Below, piece by piece: positions 22,207-33,521 of a stretch of DNA of 64,000 nucleotides. The stretch lies in NCBI GenBank assembly GCA_000002445.1, contig CM000208.1, forward strand, positions 3,168,001-3,232,000. The letters run 5' to 3'. The notes beneath the pieces were generated by a model, which ran no database searches, was not told the origin of the DNA, and saw nothing but the letters and a program-made list of their open reading frames with translations. Origin of the DNA: Trypanosoma brucei (taxonomy: Eukaryota). Both the position numbers and the translations under genes were made by a program. How positions within the stretch are numbered: the stretch's first letter is position 1; every line of letters starts with the position of its first letter.

Positions 22207-23703
22207 CGGCTCCAGGGAACTTCGAGTGGGATAATGTTACGCACTTAGCGCCTTCCCACTTCGTACGAGTGCCCCGATGGCACTACCAACTTCCCTTTTG
22301 TTGTTATTACCCCAAGGCACAATGAGAAGGAAACTTGAAAGAAGAAGACGTAAGAAGTTATTAAACCAGTTTGAAGAAGACGAACTCTAAGCGATGGGGT
22401 GCTGTTGTAAAGAAGCGACAATTTTTGGTATTGTGGTTAAGGAATCTCATTAAATGGAAGTTCCTACCTTTTTTCTCTTTGTCCTTAAACTGCTAGACCT
22501 CACTTACACCCCTCTTCCTGTCGTTCAGTTGGGGCGAAAAGGGCATTTCCCATAATATTAGTAATAGTGTTCAAAAAAAGAAAACGAAAAAGTAAAATCT
22601 GTGACGCTCCTACATTGCGAGAGTAATGTATCGCCCCACACCACTCAACGCGTGCATCGACTTCCACCATGCACACGCAGCCATAAAGTCGTGGTTCACC
22701 AACTTCTCTCAATACCCTTCACCGCAGAAGAGCATAACAAAACACACGATAAACGCAACACCAGCAACAACCGCAGAGGGTTGTCAGCACCGCCGCATAC
22801 ATCTCCTTACCCTTCTCCATTGCATTTCCCCTCCGTTACTTCTTCCCTTCTATTCCCTCGCGGTGACCTACGATAGCATCAGCCACGTAGTAGAGGGAGA
22901 AGACGCAGGATCGAAAGAAAAAATAAAATGAGCGATAAATATTTTCACATATAAATGTGCCGAAACGTAGATAGAGGTAACAAAAAGAAAAACCTCCCTT
23001 GAGCTAGGTAGCCGCCCCCCACCTATGGAATGAAGGTACCAATCCACACAGCTATTAATGCAACTGAATGCACGTTCTCAAATCTCATCGCCGTAACATC
23101 CGCTCCCCTTGAGCACCCGCGACAACGACTAACCTTTGTGTACACACCACGCTTCCCTCTTCCCCGCAAACAATTCCCTCCCAGCCTCCGCTACCATCAC
23201 TGACGACACTCAAGAAAAAACTTAACGTCCGGGGCCCCACCTCACTTCTCGACACTGAGAACTAATCATTAACTGATAACACATATTTCGAAGACCAGTC
23301 ACCAACAATGAGGTTGTGGTGGGTGCATCCTCATGTTCTTTGTGCCCGCACCAGTCACAGAAGCGTTGCGTGTGCTCCGACGAAATTTTGTCGTGTCTTT
23401 CCTCCTCATCTTTCCTTTCCTTCGACTATTTTTTATTTACCTTTTCCCCTCGTGCATATAGCCCTTTCGAACACCAAACAAACTCCAACCAGTGGCACTC
23501 TACCGTTTCTCTTTCCACTTTTCCCACAGTGAGGCCACCACCGCGTTGTATCCTCAGCTTTGACCATCACTTCTTTCAGTGTAAACCCCGTTTACCTCCT
23601 TTTCCTTTTTCTTCACTCATACTCCCCACTTCAGCTCAACATGGCGTTCGTTTAGACCTGAGACACGTCGTGCCCATACCCATTAATGTGTTGTTCCTGA
23701 TTC

Positions 23704-25116
23704 TTACTTCTTTTTCTTGCTCTTCCCCGTTACTGCCTTTACTTGCTTGACACCCTCGATGTTAACTTTCGGGTCGAGAGCCAAGCACTCCGTTACAGCG
23801 CCCCAGCCAACAGTGATCTTCCCCTCGCGGATGGTAAACTTCAACCCCTTTTCCATTGGCATTGGATAGGCAAGTGTCAGCACCAACTCGCGACTATCAC
23901 CGGGCATGCAAACGAGTGTCTTTTCGAACTCCTTCAACTCTGCATCCTTCTTCTTTTGCTCATCCGCGTCCTTCCCATACTTTTTGTTCAACTCAGCAAC
24001 CTTCTGCTCACTTTCGGGGAAATTGAGATCCGCCGTGACATCGGCACAGCGAAAAAACAACTGTGGACGGTAATGGGGACTAAAAGCTGTGTGCCTCCCT
24101 CCCTCGTCCTTAGTAAGTACGTAGACTTGTGCACGCACTTTGTTAAAGAGTTTAGTGGCGCCTGGAGCCGATAGGACCATGCCGCGCTCAACGTTGTCCT
24201 TGGACAAAGTCGTTGTATCACCAGTTCCCAAAATGCTCGCGCCAACAGAATCGCCAGGCATACACTCCTCCAGTGTCTTGTGGTACATTTCAATACCTGT
24301 TACTTTCACGGTTAGCTTCTTCGCACTGAAGCCACTGAGCTCAGCGTCGGCACCGAGCTTCATGAGGCCCTGATCAACACGGCCCGTGACAATGACAGAT
24401 TTCTTGTCTTTTCCAATTTCGTAGACGTGCTCAATAGGCATTAGAAATGGCTTCTCGGTTGCACGGGGTGGGTCAGGAATCCATTCATCACACTTCGCTA
24501 CCAACTCCATGATCCGTGCTTCGCTATCGGTGTCACCCTCGAGTGCCTTAACGGCGGAGCCACGTACAAGTGGTGTTTCCTCAGCGGGAAACTTGTACTT
24601 CTCCAACAGCTCACGCAACTCCATCTCCACCAGCTCAATCATGTCCTCTTGACCCTGCATAAGATCACACTTGTTAATGAAGCCCACAAGGGCAGGAAGA
24701 CCAATCTGTGAACAAATAAGCAAATGCTCACGAGTTTGCGGCATGCAGCCGTCGTTAGCGGCAACGACAAGGATGCCACCATCCATCTGCGCGGCACCAG
24801 TAATCATGTTCTTCACAAAGTCCATGTGACCCGGGCAATCTATGTGACCATAATGCCGCTTCTCCGACTCATACTCCACGTGTGTAGCGTTAATGGTAAT
24901 CTTTCGACTCTTTTCCTCGGGAGACTTGTCGATTGCAAAATAGTCGAGGGCTCTTGCCTTACCTGCCTTCGCCAGAACCGTCGTAATGGCAGATGTCAAC
25001 GTTGTCTTACCATGATCAACATGACCAATTGTACCAATGATAAGATGTGGTTTACCGCGAACAAAGGCTTCCTTCTTTGCGTTTAAAAGAGAACAGCGAA
25101 AGGCAGCGCGAAACAT
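23704..25116 (-). CDS. EF-Tu: Mitochondrial translation elongation factor Tu (EF-Tu), with a Lys-rich insertion in domain III
   Basis: G-domain motifs [16 protein letters not shown] and NKCD are present, and domains II and III are colinear with bacterial EF-Tu. Start is assigned to [12 protein letters not shown] ('cat' at 25114-25116), a plausible mitochondrial presequence. The 81 codons upstream in the ORF track are probably 5' UTR. An insertion ([35 protein letters not shown]) interrupts domain III relative to E. coli EF-Tu. Confidence 0.9.
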   Translation of the reverse strand: MFRAAFRCSLLNAKKEAFVRGKPHLIIGTIGHVDHGKTTLTSAITTVLAKAGKARALDYFAIDKSPEEKSRKITINATHVEYESEKRHYGHIDCPGHMDFVKNMITGAAQMDGGILVVAANDGCMPQTREHLLICSQIGLPALVGFINKCDLMQGQEDMIELVEMELRELLEKYKFPAEETPLVRGSAVKALEGDTDSEARIMELVAKCDEWIPDPPRATEKPFLMPIEHVYEIGKDKKSVIVTGRVDQGLMKLGADAELSGFSAKKLTVKVTGIEMYHKTLEECMPGDSVGASILGTGDTTTLSKDNVERGMVLSAPGATKLFNKVRAQVYVLTKDEGGRHTAFSPHYRPQLFFRCADVTADLNFPESEQKVAELNKKYGKDADEQKKKDAELKEFEKTLVCMPGDSRELVLTLAYPMPMEKGLKFTIREGKITVGWGAVTECLALDPKVNIEGVKQVKAVTGKSKKKK

Positions 25117-25668
25117 GGTGACCGAACGAAATTTGTCCTTTCGGTTACCGTAAAGCACGAGGAATGCGCGCTCCTCCAAATGTAAACTATCACAAAATAT
25201 CCCCTTATTCGGTGGACTAACCTTTTCCCCTGATGCTGTGTATTTGTTTTGTAAACCCACCTGTGGGGCTAGCTTCCTTTGGCCACTTGCGACTAAAATG
25301 AAATGTGAAGAAATTGGGCTACAAGTTGAACATTGTAGAGGTGCATGAAACACCAACAAATGTAAATTGTGTTTGGAACCGCTTTACACATAGAAAAGTT
25401 GCTCTGGGGACTGAGGTACCGCTATCCGCGAAGGTGACGTATGGAAAGTGAACGTTGACTAACCACTTGTGTCTCCTCTATGTTTGACTCATTTTTGTTT
25501 ACATCAGTATGGCCCACGGAGCAACCCCTTCGGCACAGCGGCAGCGCAGTGGTTGCACACCTCTAGCTCTATAACAGCACTTTCCACTTCATAGGAAACC
25601 TGCGTCTCGTGCTCCCCTCCCATGTAGATTGTGTTGCCTTCCGTACCGTGTTAACACCTCATTCCCAG

Positions 25669-26268
25669 TTAAATCACGCTCCAATAAACACTTACCACTG
25701 CGTAGACATGCGCAGAGAGGTCATGCGCATGGTTCACCCACCCATCCGCCTGGCCATAGTAGCAACTAGAACACAAGTGAATGCCCGCACCTGATTTCCG
25801 CATGATTACACAGTGAACAACATATTTGTAGGGGCGGCGCATTGCCAGTAGTTTTTCCATAATTCCATCGCAAATGTGTTGAATCCATCCGTGTGCTTTG
25901 ATATGGTCGTAGCGCTGCGCGTCATCTTCGCCACCCTCGTCATCAAAGCAAGGGCTAAGGACCTGCAGGATAATGTTCTTCACATCATTAGCGGGAACAC
26001 CGTTAATGTCGACGGCAGCATCCGGCGCCGACCCGGTTCCTGCTGCAGTGTCTTCCTCCTCGCTGTCATGATCTTCCTGTGCACCAGCTGGTGGTCCCGT
26101 AGCAGCTGCCGGAGCCGCTGAGGACCCCATCGCTTCCTTCTCGGCGTTGGAACTAGATCCCGCCTCCTGCCCTGACACCGTTTCGGGTGAGTCGTCAGCG
26201 GCAACTGGTGCGGGTGCGGTGTCAGACCCCGGGCTTTTAGGCCCCTCCTGAGGCGTCTCATCAGACAT
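25669..26268 (-). CDS. Tctex-1-family dynein light chain with acidic/Ala-Pro-rich N-terminal extension
   Basis: The C-terminal roughly 100 aa (NDVKNIILQVL...RYDHIKAHGWIQHICDGIMEKLLAMRRPYKYVVHCVIMRKSGAGIHLCSSCYYGQADGWV) match the Tctex-1/DYNLT family (..[25 protein letters not shown]..). The N-terminal roughly 95 aa are low-complexity acidic. Confidence 0.65.
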   Translation of the reverse strand: MSDETPQEGPKSPGSDTAPAPVAADDSPETVSGQEAGSSSNAEKEAMGSSAAPAAATGPPAGAQEDHDSEEEDTAAGTGSAPDAAVDINGVPANDVKNIILQVLSPCFDDEGGEDDAQRYDHIKAHGWIQHICDGIMEKLLAMRRPYKYVVHCVIMRKSGAGIHLCSSCYYGQADGWVNHAHDLSAHVYAVVSVYWSVI

Positions 26269-26543
26269 ACGAAATACCCTCTAAGGGCACAAAGGAGCAG
26301 AACTTTACACAACCGGAAAGAGGTGGAGGGTAAATAATGCGGAACAAGTGCGGTTCACAAGCCGTTAGCTGCAGAAGAAATAAAGGAAACAAATAAATGC
26401 GGAAAGAGAATGCCATAAAGTCTCGACTTCTCGCTGTCGGTATCCAAAGTTATATAAAGAAAAAGGAACACATTTGCAGTTCCGGTAGGTGTTGCAATAT
26501 AAGGAGAGACATAACAACACGATCTATGTTAACGGAGGAACGA

Positions 26544-28685
26544 TCACACGAGGCTGCGTAATCGCGCCACCTCCTTGGTATCCAAACCGAGGGTTTCGTT
26601 GCAGTACTCTGAGCGATGTAACACCTCCTGAAGAAACTCTCGAAGTCTGGCTGGGCTACCCCTCAACGAAACTGCCGTCGAGCCATCTCGACCGCCGACA
26701 CGAACAATTCGCCAACGGTTAAGCAACCCGACAGCTGCGGTGAATGCTGCACGGTCAAGTGCAGCAGCAGCATGTGTTCCCATGGACGAGGCAACATCCT
26801 CCAGCAAGTCAACGACGGTACGCACTACACCAGCCTCATGGCGGAGGTATACGTACGTAAGAAGTAAAAACATTTCCCGGGTACAGTAACCCAGTTCAAC
26901 GAGTTTGCATTCGGAAAGCATATCACCAACTAAAAGCGCGTAATTCCTGAGAGGTTTCACCGACCCTGCGCTTTTCCGATTCGCATTGGTAAATTCACCA
27001 CGCCACAATGACTTCACTGCCTCTGGCGCAACACTAAAGACGGCACTACGGATATTTTGCGCAACTTTCAGTTTCGGCGAAGTTCTCTCAAACCACGACA
27101 AAAGTTTACCACAACTGGCACTGCTAAGGAGAGGAATTTCCCCTGAACACACTTCCCCAAAGACAGCAGAAACGGCAGTCATTACTCTTCCCGCCGTCGC
27201 ACCAACGCTTCTCAGTTGCCCAGATAGCACCATGATACGCTGAGCGAAATGAACGTCACTCACAGATTGTTGCGGAGAACGTGCAACAGCAGACAACTCT
27301 GTGAGAACATATCCGGACATCTCAAGCATGGCTGCTTCCAGCAACATCACCTCCGGTGGAGTTAGGTAACCGTTGACTTCTCCTTCCGGGCTCTGATCCT
27401 GCGCCACGCCTGCGCTGACGGCATCAAAACGCCACCCGGTAAACGAATGTGAAGTGGTGCACCCTGAAGCACCCGAATCAGTCACAGATCTCACTTTTTT
27501 CAATCTTCCTCTCTTCGTATTTCTTGCCTTCACAGTATTCACCTTCAGTTCAAGTCGCTCTTTCACTTCCACTAGACACGCACGGGCGACGCAACTAACG
27601 CTCCATGGAAGCAAGGGGATACAACGTGCCTCACACGTTAGTCTACTTGACAAGCGCTTCTCAAGCTGCCGAATGTCTGGTGTTGACGATGTCATCACAA
27701 GAGACATTCCTCCCCCTTGACCATCACTTTCGTGCATAAGGCCAGAAAGCACATAAAGCAGTTGATCGCACCATACTCCAAAACGCTCAACGCGACGAAT
27801 GCAAACAATGAGATTGGTTCCGTGTGTTCTCATTAGCAGAAGGGCACGCTGAAGTGCTGCGAGAGCACTCGACGCCCCCCCCATGGCGTAGGCGGTCGTC
27901 GATGTCACATGAAATGCATCATCATCTTCACTTGCACTTCCATCATCAAGCAACTCATCGGGCACAGCTAACCGTGGTCTCTTTCGGCCAACTTTACCAT
28001 CTTTTTCATGTCCGCTTACCTTTAAATCCTTCGTAACACAGGAGCCTTGTTTCGTACGCGAGGGGCATTCGGCGTCAGTCTGCACAGCTCCTTCAGATAT
28101 TTTGTCCAGCGCCATCAACTTGCTAAAACCAAACAAACTTCCAAAATCAAACGTGCCCTTACTGAAAGAAGTATCAGCAGACCGTAAGCTTTTTGAGTTT
28201 GAGCTCCTCAAGAAAGTGAGCATCTGTTGCCCAATAGATCGAAGGGCATCTTCGTCGCTATTAAGAACGTCACCGTCTAGGTACAAAACAAACGTATTGT
28301 TTCCCTCCATACAGTCTTGAGCAACCAATCTTAGCAGACGGTGCGCGCCACAGCCCCGTGGCCCCCACAACATGTGACACGAGCGGTGGCCAAGGGCACA
28401 TGAGGCCGCTACGGCACTACGTACGGAACGATATACAGCAAGATGCATGCCAAGTTCGTCACGTCGTCCCGAAGGATCTTCTGCGGCATCACGTGTTGTC
28501 ACACCATGGCGCTGTGGACTACGGCCACGCCTCGCAACCTCAAGAAAAGACTTACCCGTACTCGCTGTCAGCTGGGCAAGAACACGGCAGCACTGCACGG
28601 CTAATTGATGTTGTACCGTGGAAAGAAATGACCTCGTAAAACTACAACACTCACCCCCACCGCTTTCACAAAATACTCCTTTCAT
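26544..28685 (-). CDS. Hypothetical protein (713 aa) with degenerate P-loop; possible divergent ORC4/AAA+-like protein
   Basis: A complete ORF. The segment LWGPRGCGAHRLLRLVAQDC...TFVLYLDGDVLNS resembles a Walker-A/AAA+ context but lacks the canonical GKT lysine (GPRGCGAH). Kinetoplastid ORC-like proteins are known to have degenerate nucleotide-binding motifs. The identity is an inference from memory. Confidence 0.4.
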   Translation of the reverse strand: MKGVFCESGGGECCSFTRSFLSTVQHQLAVQCCRVLAQLTASTGKSFLEVARRGRSPQRHGVTTRDAAEDPSGRRDELGMHLAVYRSVRSAVAASCALGHRSCHMLWGPRGCGAHRLLRLVAQDCMEGNNTFVLYLDGDVLNSDEDALRSIGQQMLTFLRSSNSKSLRSADTSFSKGTFDFGSLFGFSKLMALDKISEGAVQTDAECPSRTKQGSCVTKDLKVSGHEKDGKVGRKRPRLAVPDELLDDGSASEDDDAFHVTSTTAYAMGGASSALAALQRALLLMRTHGTNLIVCIRRVERFGVWCDQLLYVLSGLMHESDGQGGGMSLVMTSSTPDIRQLEKRLSSRLTCEARCIPLLPWSVSCVARACLVEVKERLELKVNTVKARNTKRGRLKKVRSVTDSGASGCTTSHSFTGWRFDAVSAGVAQDQSPEGEVNGYLTPPEVMLLEAAMLEMSGYVLTELSAVARSPQQSVSDVHFAQRIMVLSGQLRSVGATAGRVMTAVSAVFGEVCSGEIPLLSSASCGKLLSWFERTSPKLKVAQNIRSAVFSVAPEAVKSLWRGEFTNANRKSAGSVKPLRNYALLVGDMLSECKLVELGYCTREMFLLLTYVYLRHEAGVVRTVVDLLEDVASSMGTHAAAALDRAAFTAAVGLLNRWRIVRVGGRDGSTAVSLRGSPARLREFLQEVLHRSEYCNETLGLDTKEVARLRSLV

Positions 28686-29043
28686 GGAAAAAGAGTTTGG
28701 TAATTTTCCACCTAATTCAGCAAAGAAATAATGAAATGAGAATTATCACATTTCACATTAACACAATCCCGTAGATAACCAAAAAAGAGAGAAAATAAAG
28801 AAAAGCACGAGCAACACTAATGGCTAAACCGAAACCCAGTGGCTGTCATCCACCACCGCTCAACGCAAAATGCACCCTTCCCGACTTACGGTAGACGGCA
28901 AATAAAGTATCAGCAACATCATATGAATTAGAACAGTGTCCCAGGTAGATATTGCACCATGCCTCGTCCGTGTGGCAACTTAAAGTGCGACACGCAGCGG
29001 GCATATTAACAACCGAGCATTAACATAACCATAGCACATGTGT

Positions 29044-29891
29044 ACGCAAGTACGAGCAAGCACAACAAACACCTGGTGGCACAATAAGGAATATCACAGG
29101 GAAGAAACTAGAAGAAAGGAGGGTAGACGGTGTGTACACAAGGCACCGACATACTCGCCTCGCCTCTTGGAAAGCCACCACCCACAACGCACCACCAAAA
29201 AGGCATGCCGTGGCTACGGGCCTCCTCAGAAATAGAAGGTAACACTGAAGAAACAGCAATGGGGGAAATTACTGCAGGTACGTGTCAGTCAAGTACAGCA
29301 CTCTCGCTGAAAGCGTTGGTATCAATCAGCACTAAGTTGTCACTCAGTCGCGCACTACAACTTCTGTCCTCATACACAGCCATGCAGCAGAACATCTCCA
29401 CCACATGTATCACCCCACAATGCATGCAAAGCACGGTGTGGGGCGGTTGTATGGGCGTCGATACAGCAACAGTGAATAAAGATGCAGTGTAAACACACAT
29501 AGCAGGAAGGAGTTAGGGACGGTAAATGCCGGTACAATCAACACCGCTGCTCAACATTTGTACACATTCAAGAGTCCTCATTGGATGTGTCGGTCCGCCT
29601 GTCGTTAGACAGTTTCTCATCGTCGCAGCGGTGTCGTGCCCATAACATGTCACATTTCGCATAGTCCAATGATCCAAGAGTCAAAAGAGAAGGGAAAAAA
29701 GAGTAACGAGGGGAAGAAGGGAGGAATCAGATAGATTGGTAAACGCAAAGTTGGTTTCTCGTTCATTATGGGTCGTCAGTGCGCACTACAACTGCAGTCA
29801 CATCACGCAGAGTAAACGCTATTGGAATATCTCCGCCTCCTGAAATCGCCCCACAACGATTTCTGCACATGTGAGGCGTTAGACAGAGACG
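29044..29891. repeat. Direct repeat copy 1 (848 bp), about 99 percent identical to 34952-35799
   Basis: Read by eye, the two copies match base for base over roughly 848 bp apart from a handful of substitutions. Unique flanks begin at both ends. ORFs inside the repeat (for example 29130..29492) are duplicated verbatim in copy 2 and are probably spurious. Confidence 0.9.
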
Positions 29892-30395
29892 TTGTACTTG
29901 ATATCAGTGTAAAATAAGGACCATGTTGGCACGAAAAAGACAAGACAATGCAGTTGTCATGACATCTTTTCACTGATGCATCCCCTATTCGCATAACTAT
30001 TACGTAAACATAATCACACATTACTCATAACACAAGTTGCTAGGACAAGCGACTTCACTACACGGTGTTGCTACGGAAACATACCTCACTGTGCTAACAT
30101 ACACTGCATCAGAATGCGATTACATGCATCTCAGCGTCACCTGGAAATCTGGGATACAATCGCATCATACACTTGTCTAGTTTCGTAAGCAATGAGTTCT
30201 TGGTCACATACCACAGGTAATGTACTCTCTCAAATGAAAATATTGTGATGAGCACCGCTCGAGTATTCTGTTATGATTCCGTTTGTCGACTCACAATGTG
30301 ACGATGGAAAAGAATGAGGATATCAAGTTATTGCATTTTAGGTTTTCATGTCAACTAGAAAATCAGAGAGCCGACACCACATCCCCTCAGTATCT

Positions 30396-32450
30396 TTACG
30401 CAACTAGCTCCGTATCCATTGCCTTCACCGCCGGAATACAATATTCAAATGAAAGCAGAACAATACCAATATCCCACGCGTCGCCACAGGGCCCCAAGTT
30501 GTTTTCGTGTATAAACGGTAATTCACATTTTTGGTTCGGTATTTGTGAGGTGCGCTTGGAACGGCTCCGTCCAACTTCAATTAATCCCTCATAAACGCCA
30601 CGCTGTAGGTGAGAAGGTCCCGTTACCATTTCACCACTGTTGAGTGAATAAGGTGTACGGTTAGTTTCTACAACATGTGGCATGTGTTGGTCCTCAGTTC
30701 CGAGGATGCATAACGTTGCAGGGGAATCTTTTGCGTCTGCAAGTGGCGACAGTTCCTCACAATAGGGGAGAGGGTGACCACAGCACCCAATAAAACTGTT
30801 GATGAAGGAAGCCGCGGAGCACTTTGATGAAATAGATAAAAATATATCAATAACTTGCTTTAAGAAGTCACATTCGACTGAAGTTTGCTTGCAATGCTCA
30901 CTGGACCAGGAGTACATCATTTCCACGGCTGCGTTGATTTCAACAAAAAGTAAAGGTTTTTTATCTCGGTGAAGAGAGTCTGTTGAAGGCAATGAAACGC
31001 GACCAAAGTTTACCGTCACGTGCTGATGTGGAAATACACACCATTCCCCCAACTCTTGGAGAACAAAGATGACTCCTCCACAAAGAGGCCCTTCCTGCCG
31101 GGAAGCAGACACCACATTTTCCGTATTTCCATATTCGGGTATAAAGCATGCCCCCACAAGAGACTCATTGGAAATAGGGTATCTTTGCAACACCTCAGTT
31201 TCAGAAAGGACAAACCACGGAGGGCAGAGATGCAAGAAGAAACCGCAACAGTCAAAGTGAAAAGGAAGATTGCGTACCGTGCCACCATGTCGCAAGCATA
31301 GTTTGCGTTCGGATATTTCGGTCATTGTGAACCAACAGCATGGCGTTGAAGCTAAGTGGATTTGGGCATCATCATTTTCCTCCATATCTTCATTGTCCAT
31401 ACGATTCTCAAGCTGTACAGGCTCTCCTGTAGCAGCCCAGTAGTTCAGGACCCGCCCTGCATGAAACGAAGAGTAATTAGCGGAATAACGTCTCTGATTT
31501 GCCCGATCACTGAAATCCACATTCATCAATGTGATATCCTCCTCAACATGAAATTGGTGAATGTCTTGCATTCGTGGAAGGAAATATTTTGAAAACGGTC
31601 CACGAAACGGAACAATCCATGCACGCCAATAACCAGTTGAATCGGAACTAGAAGCTGGCAGCTCTATCTCTGAGGACGAAAAAATATCATCAAAAAACCA
31701 TCCATCTTTCTCCCACACAATATGACCTGAATAAGGTGTCTCCACAGCAGAAACTGTCGAGACAGACTCAGCAGCAAGTGATGGTTTGCTTTCCAATGCT
31801 GCTACCATATTCTGATCCATTAGATTTGATCCTTTAGACAGTTGGTGAAGAAACTGCAACCCTCCTTCGGTGCGTCGGAGCTCTTTCTGAAGCAAACGAG
31901 TCCTCATACAATCAGCAATATTCAGTCGCTGTTCGCAACGAAAGAGTTGAATAATGATTGGTGTCGGTGATGCACCGGGAACCTCCGAGGGTTCCACGCT
32001 AACCTTCGTAGTAGACAACAGCAATGACTGAGCGGAACTGCTCCCCACACACCAGTCACGCATTGATGGAACAGGGTTTGCTGAAATCGTGGGGTACCTG
32101 AAATTCCCGTCATTTATATAATTCAGAAGCGTTTCTTGCACCCCTTCCGGACAGTAGTAGCAAGGCGTAGCAGACAGAGGCAAAAGGGAATTCGGCGCCA
32201 CGGTGGGACATCGTGTCTCTCCTGTTCTCTTAAGAAAATCTCTCCTCTTCCGCAATACAATATACCCCCATCGCAGCATCAGTCGAGGTAGACACGGAAA
32301 TGCACTCCGCAGAGCCTCCGCCAAACTATGGAAGGAAATAAATGTCATTACAGTGCAGAGGCCCCTTCCCCACCCTACTTGTGACAAGAACAGAACACAT
32401 GCATCACACATGCAAAAGATAAAAATATATACGTCGACACAAAGTACCAT
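30396..32450 (-). CDS. Hypothetical protein (up to 684 aa)
   Basis: A 2-kb ORF on the coding strand. The extreme N-terminus (MVLCVDVYIFIFCMCDACV) looks like translated UTR, so the real start is probably an internal Met. No domain recognised. Confidence 0.5.
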   Translation of the reverse strand: MVLCVDVYIFIFCMCDACVLFLSQVGWGRGLCTVMTFISFHSLAEALRSAFPCLPRLMLRWGYIVLRKRRDFLKRTGETRCPTVAPNSLLPLSATPCYYCPEGVQETLLNYINDGNFRYPTISANPVPSMRDWCVGSSSAQSLLLSTTKVSVEPSEVPGASPTPIIIQLFRCEQRLNIADCMRTRLLQKELRRTEGGLQFLHQLSKGSNLMDQNMVAALESKPSLAAESVSTVSAVETPYSGHIVWEKDGWFFDDIFSSSEIELPASSSDSTGYWRAWIVPFRGPFSKYFLPRMQDIHQFHVEEDITLMNVDFSDRANQRRYSANYSSFHAGRVLNYWAATGEPVQLENRMDNEDMEENDDAQIHLASTPCCWFTMTEISERKLCLRHGGTVRNLPFHFDCCGFFLHLCPPWFVLSETEVLQRYPISNESLVGACFIPEYGNTENVVSASRQEGPLCGGVIFVLQELGEWCVFPHQHVTVNFGRVSLPSTDSLHRDKKPLLFVEINAAVEMMYSWSSEHCKQTSVECDFLKQVIDIFLSISSKCSAASFINSFIGCCGHPLPYCEELSPLADAKDSPATLCILGTEDQHMPHVVETNRTPYSLNSGEMVTGPSHLQRGVYEGLIEVGRSRSKRTSQIPNQKCELPFIHENNLGPCGDAWDIGIVLLSFEYCIPAVKAMDTELVA

Positions 32451-33521
32451 ATATTAACAGCGCACATAATCATGAACTCATGAACGCAGCGATATTCATA
32501 TCCTGCAAGAACAAAGAATATACCCAATGAAAAGGTATCAATCATCTTTTGACTGGAACCAGGCTACTTTGATCCAACCCTATCAAACTGGTATGGGTAA
32601 AAACGTACCAGTTATTATGACACCTAGATAACACCATGTATTTGAGTGTTGATTATTTAGCCGTTCACACCAATCACCAATGGCAGAAGTCCGTAGAGTA
32701 ACTGGCAAAACCAAATCAGTTGTGTTCACGCGTAGCATATACACCATACCGTGCAACTAATAACGGTACCGATATGCCATTCACACTCACACATCCCACA
32801 GATTCTCCACGCTATCTGTCACCGTGCTTGGCACTTTCACAAGTTCCATCTGCTTCAGCTATGCTACTTCAGTACCACTAATTGTACAAACATATTCCGT
32901 GGCGTATGCCCACACAGACACACACACGTGATAATCCTACTGAAAAGAGGCAATGTGAAGAAGTAAAAACACCGATGAAAGCAATACACAAACAGCGAGT
33001 GGGGAAGGCGACCTACCCGAAAAGAAACATTAAAACGCACATTAACTTTTTTCTAATGGAAAACAATGGGTATCATATCAATGGACGAAAATAATAAAAA
33101 GAATAACAATGCAGGGCAGTGAGCAGAACCACACAATGAGTCAAATGGGAATGCAGCAGCAGCCAACCACGGTTGCAGCAAACATGTCGCCTCGATGTCT
33201 CAATCATAACCCACGTATGGTAGTCTGTGTTACCCTTGGGTTCATACGCCCTCCTAAAGAAACAAGTTGTAAAATGTTATACTACGTCGGAAACTATTTA
33301 TTATTATATCCACTCTCTCCACAGAACCAATCACTCTCTCGTTATTAACACACTAAATTACGGAATAAAAGTTAGACATTAGTGTCACAGCGCTCTTCAG
33401 ATGTTAAGGGGTTTCGATATTAGCGAATAGAATGGGGAGTAAAAAGAAAGTCAAACATATTAAATCATAAATAACAAATAACCAAATATGAGAAGAAGGG
33501 GAAGAATAAAGCATCATGTAC

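Noticed and set aside
23743-24174. Plus-strand ORFs overlapping minus-strand genes (for example 23743..24174, 560..964, 729..1172, 8746..9240, 56319..56840, 58512..58841).
   Set aside because: They are antisense shadow ORFs inside well-supported minus-strand genes. Their translations are low-complexity with no recognisable motifs.
25117-25359. N-terminal 81-codon extension of the EF-Tu ORF ([18 protein letters not shown]...).
   Set aside because: It does not look like a targeting peptide or a conserved EF-Tu region. The downstream Met (MFRAAFR...) gives a typical mitochondrial presequence directly before the G-domain.
29130-29492. 120-aa ORFs inside both repeat copies (29130..29492 and 35038..35400; also 29020..29259 and 34805..35167 on the minus strand).
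   Set aside because: They are duplicated verbatim as part of the repeat, overlap each other on opposite strands, and have no domain. They are more likely non-coding repeat sequence.
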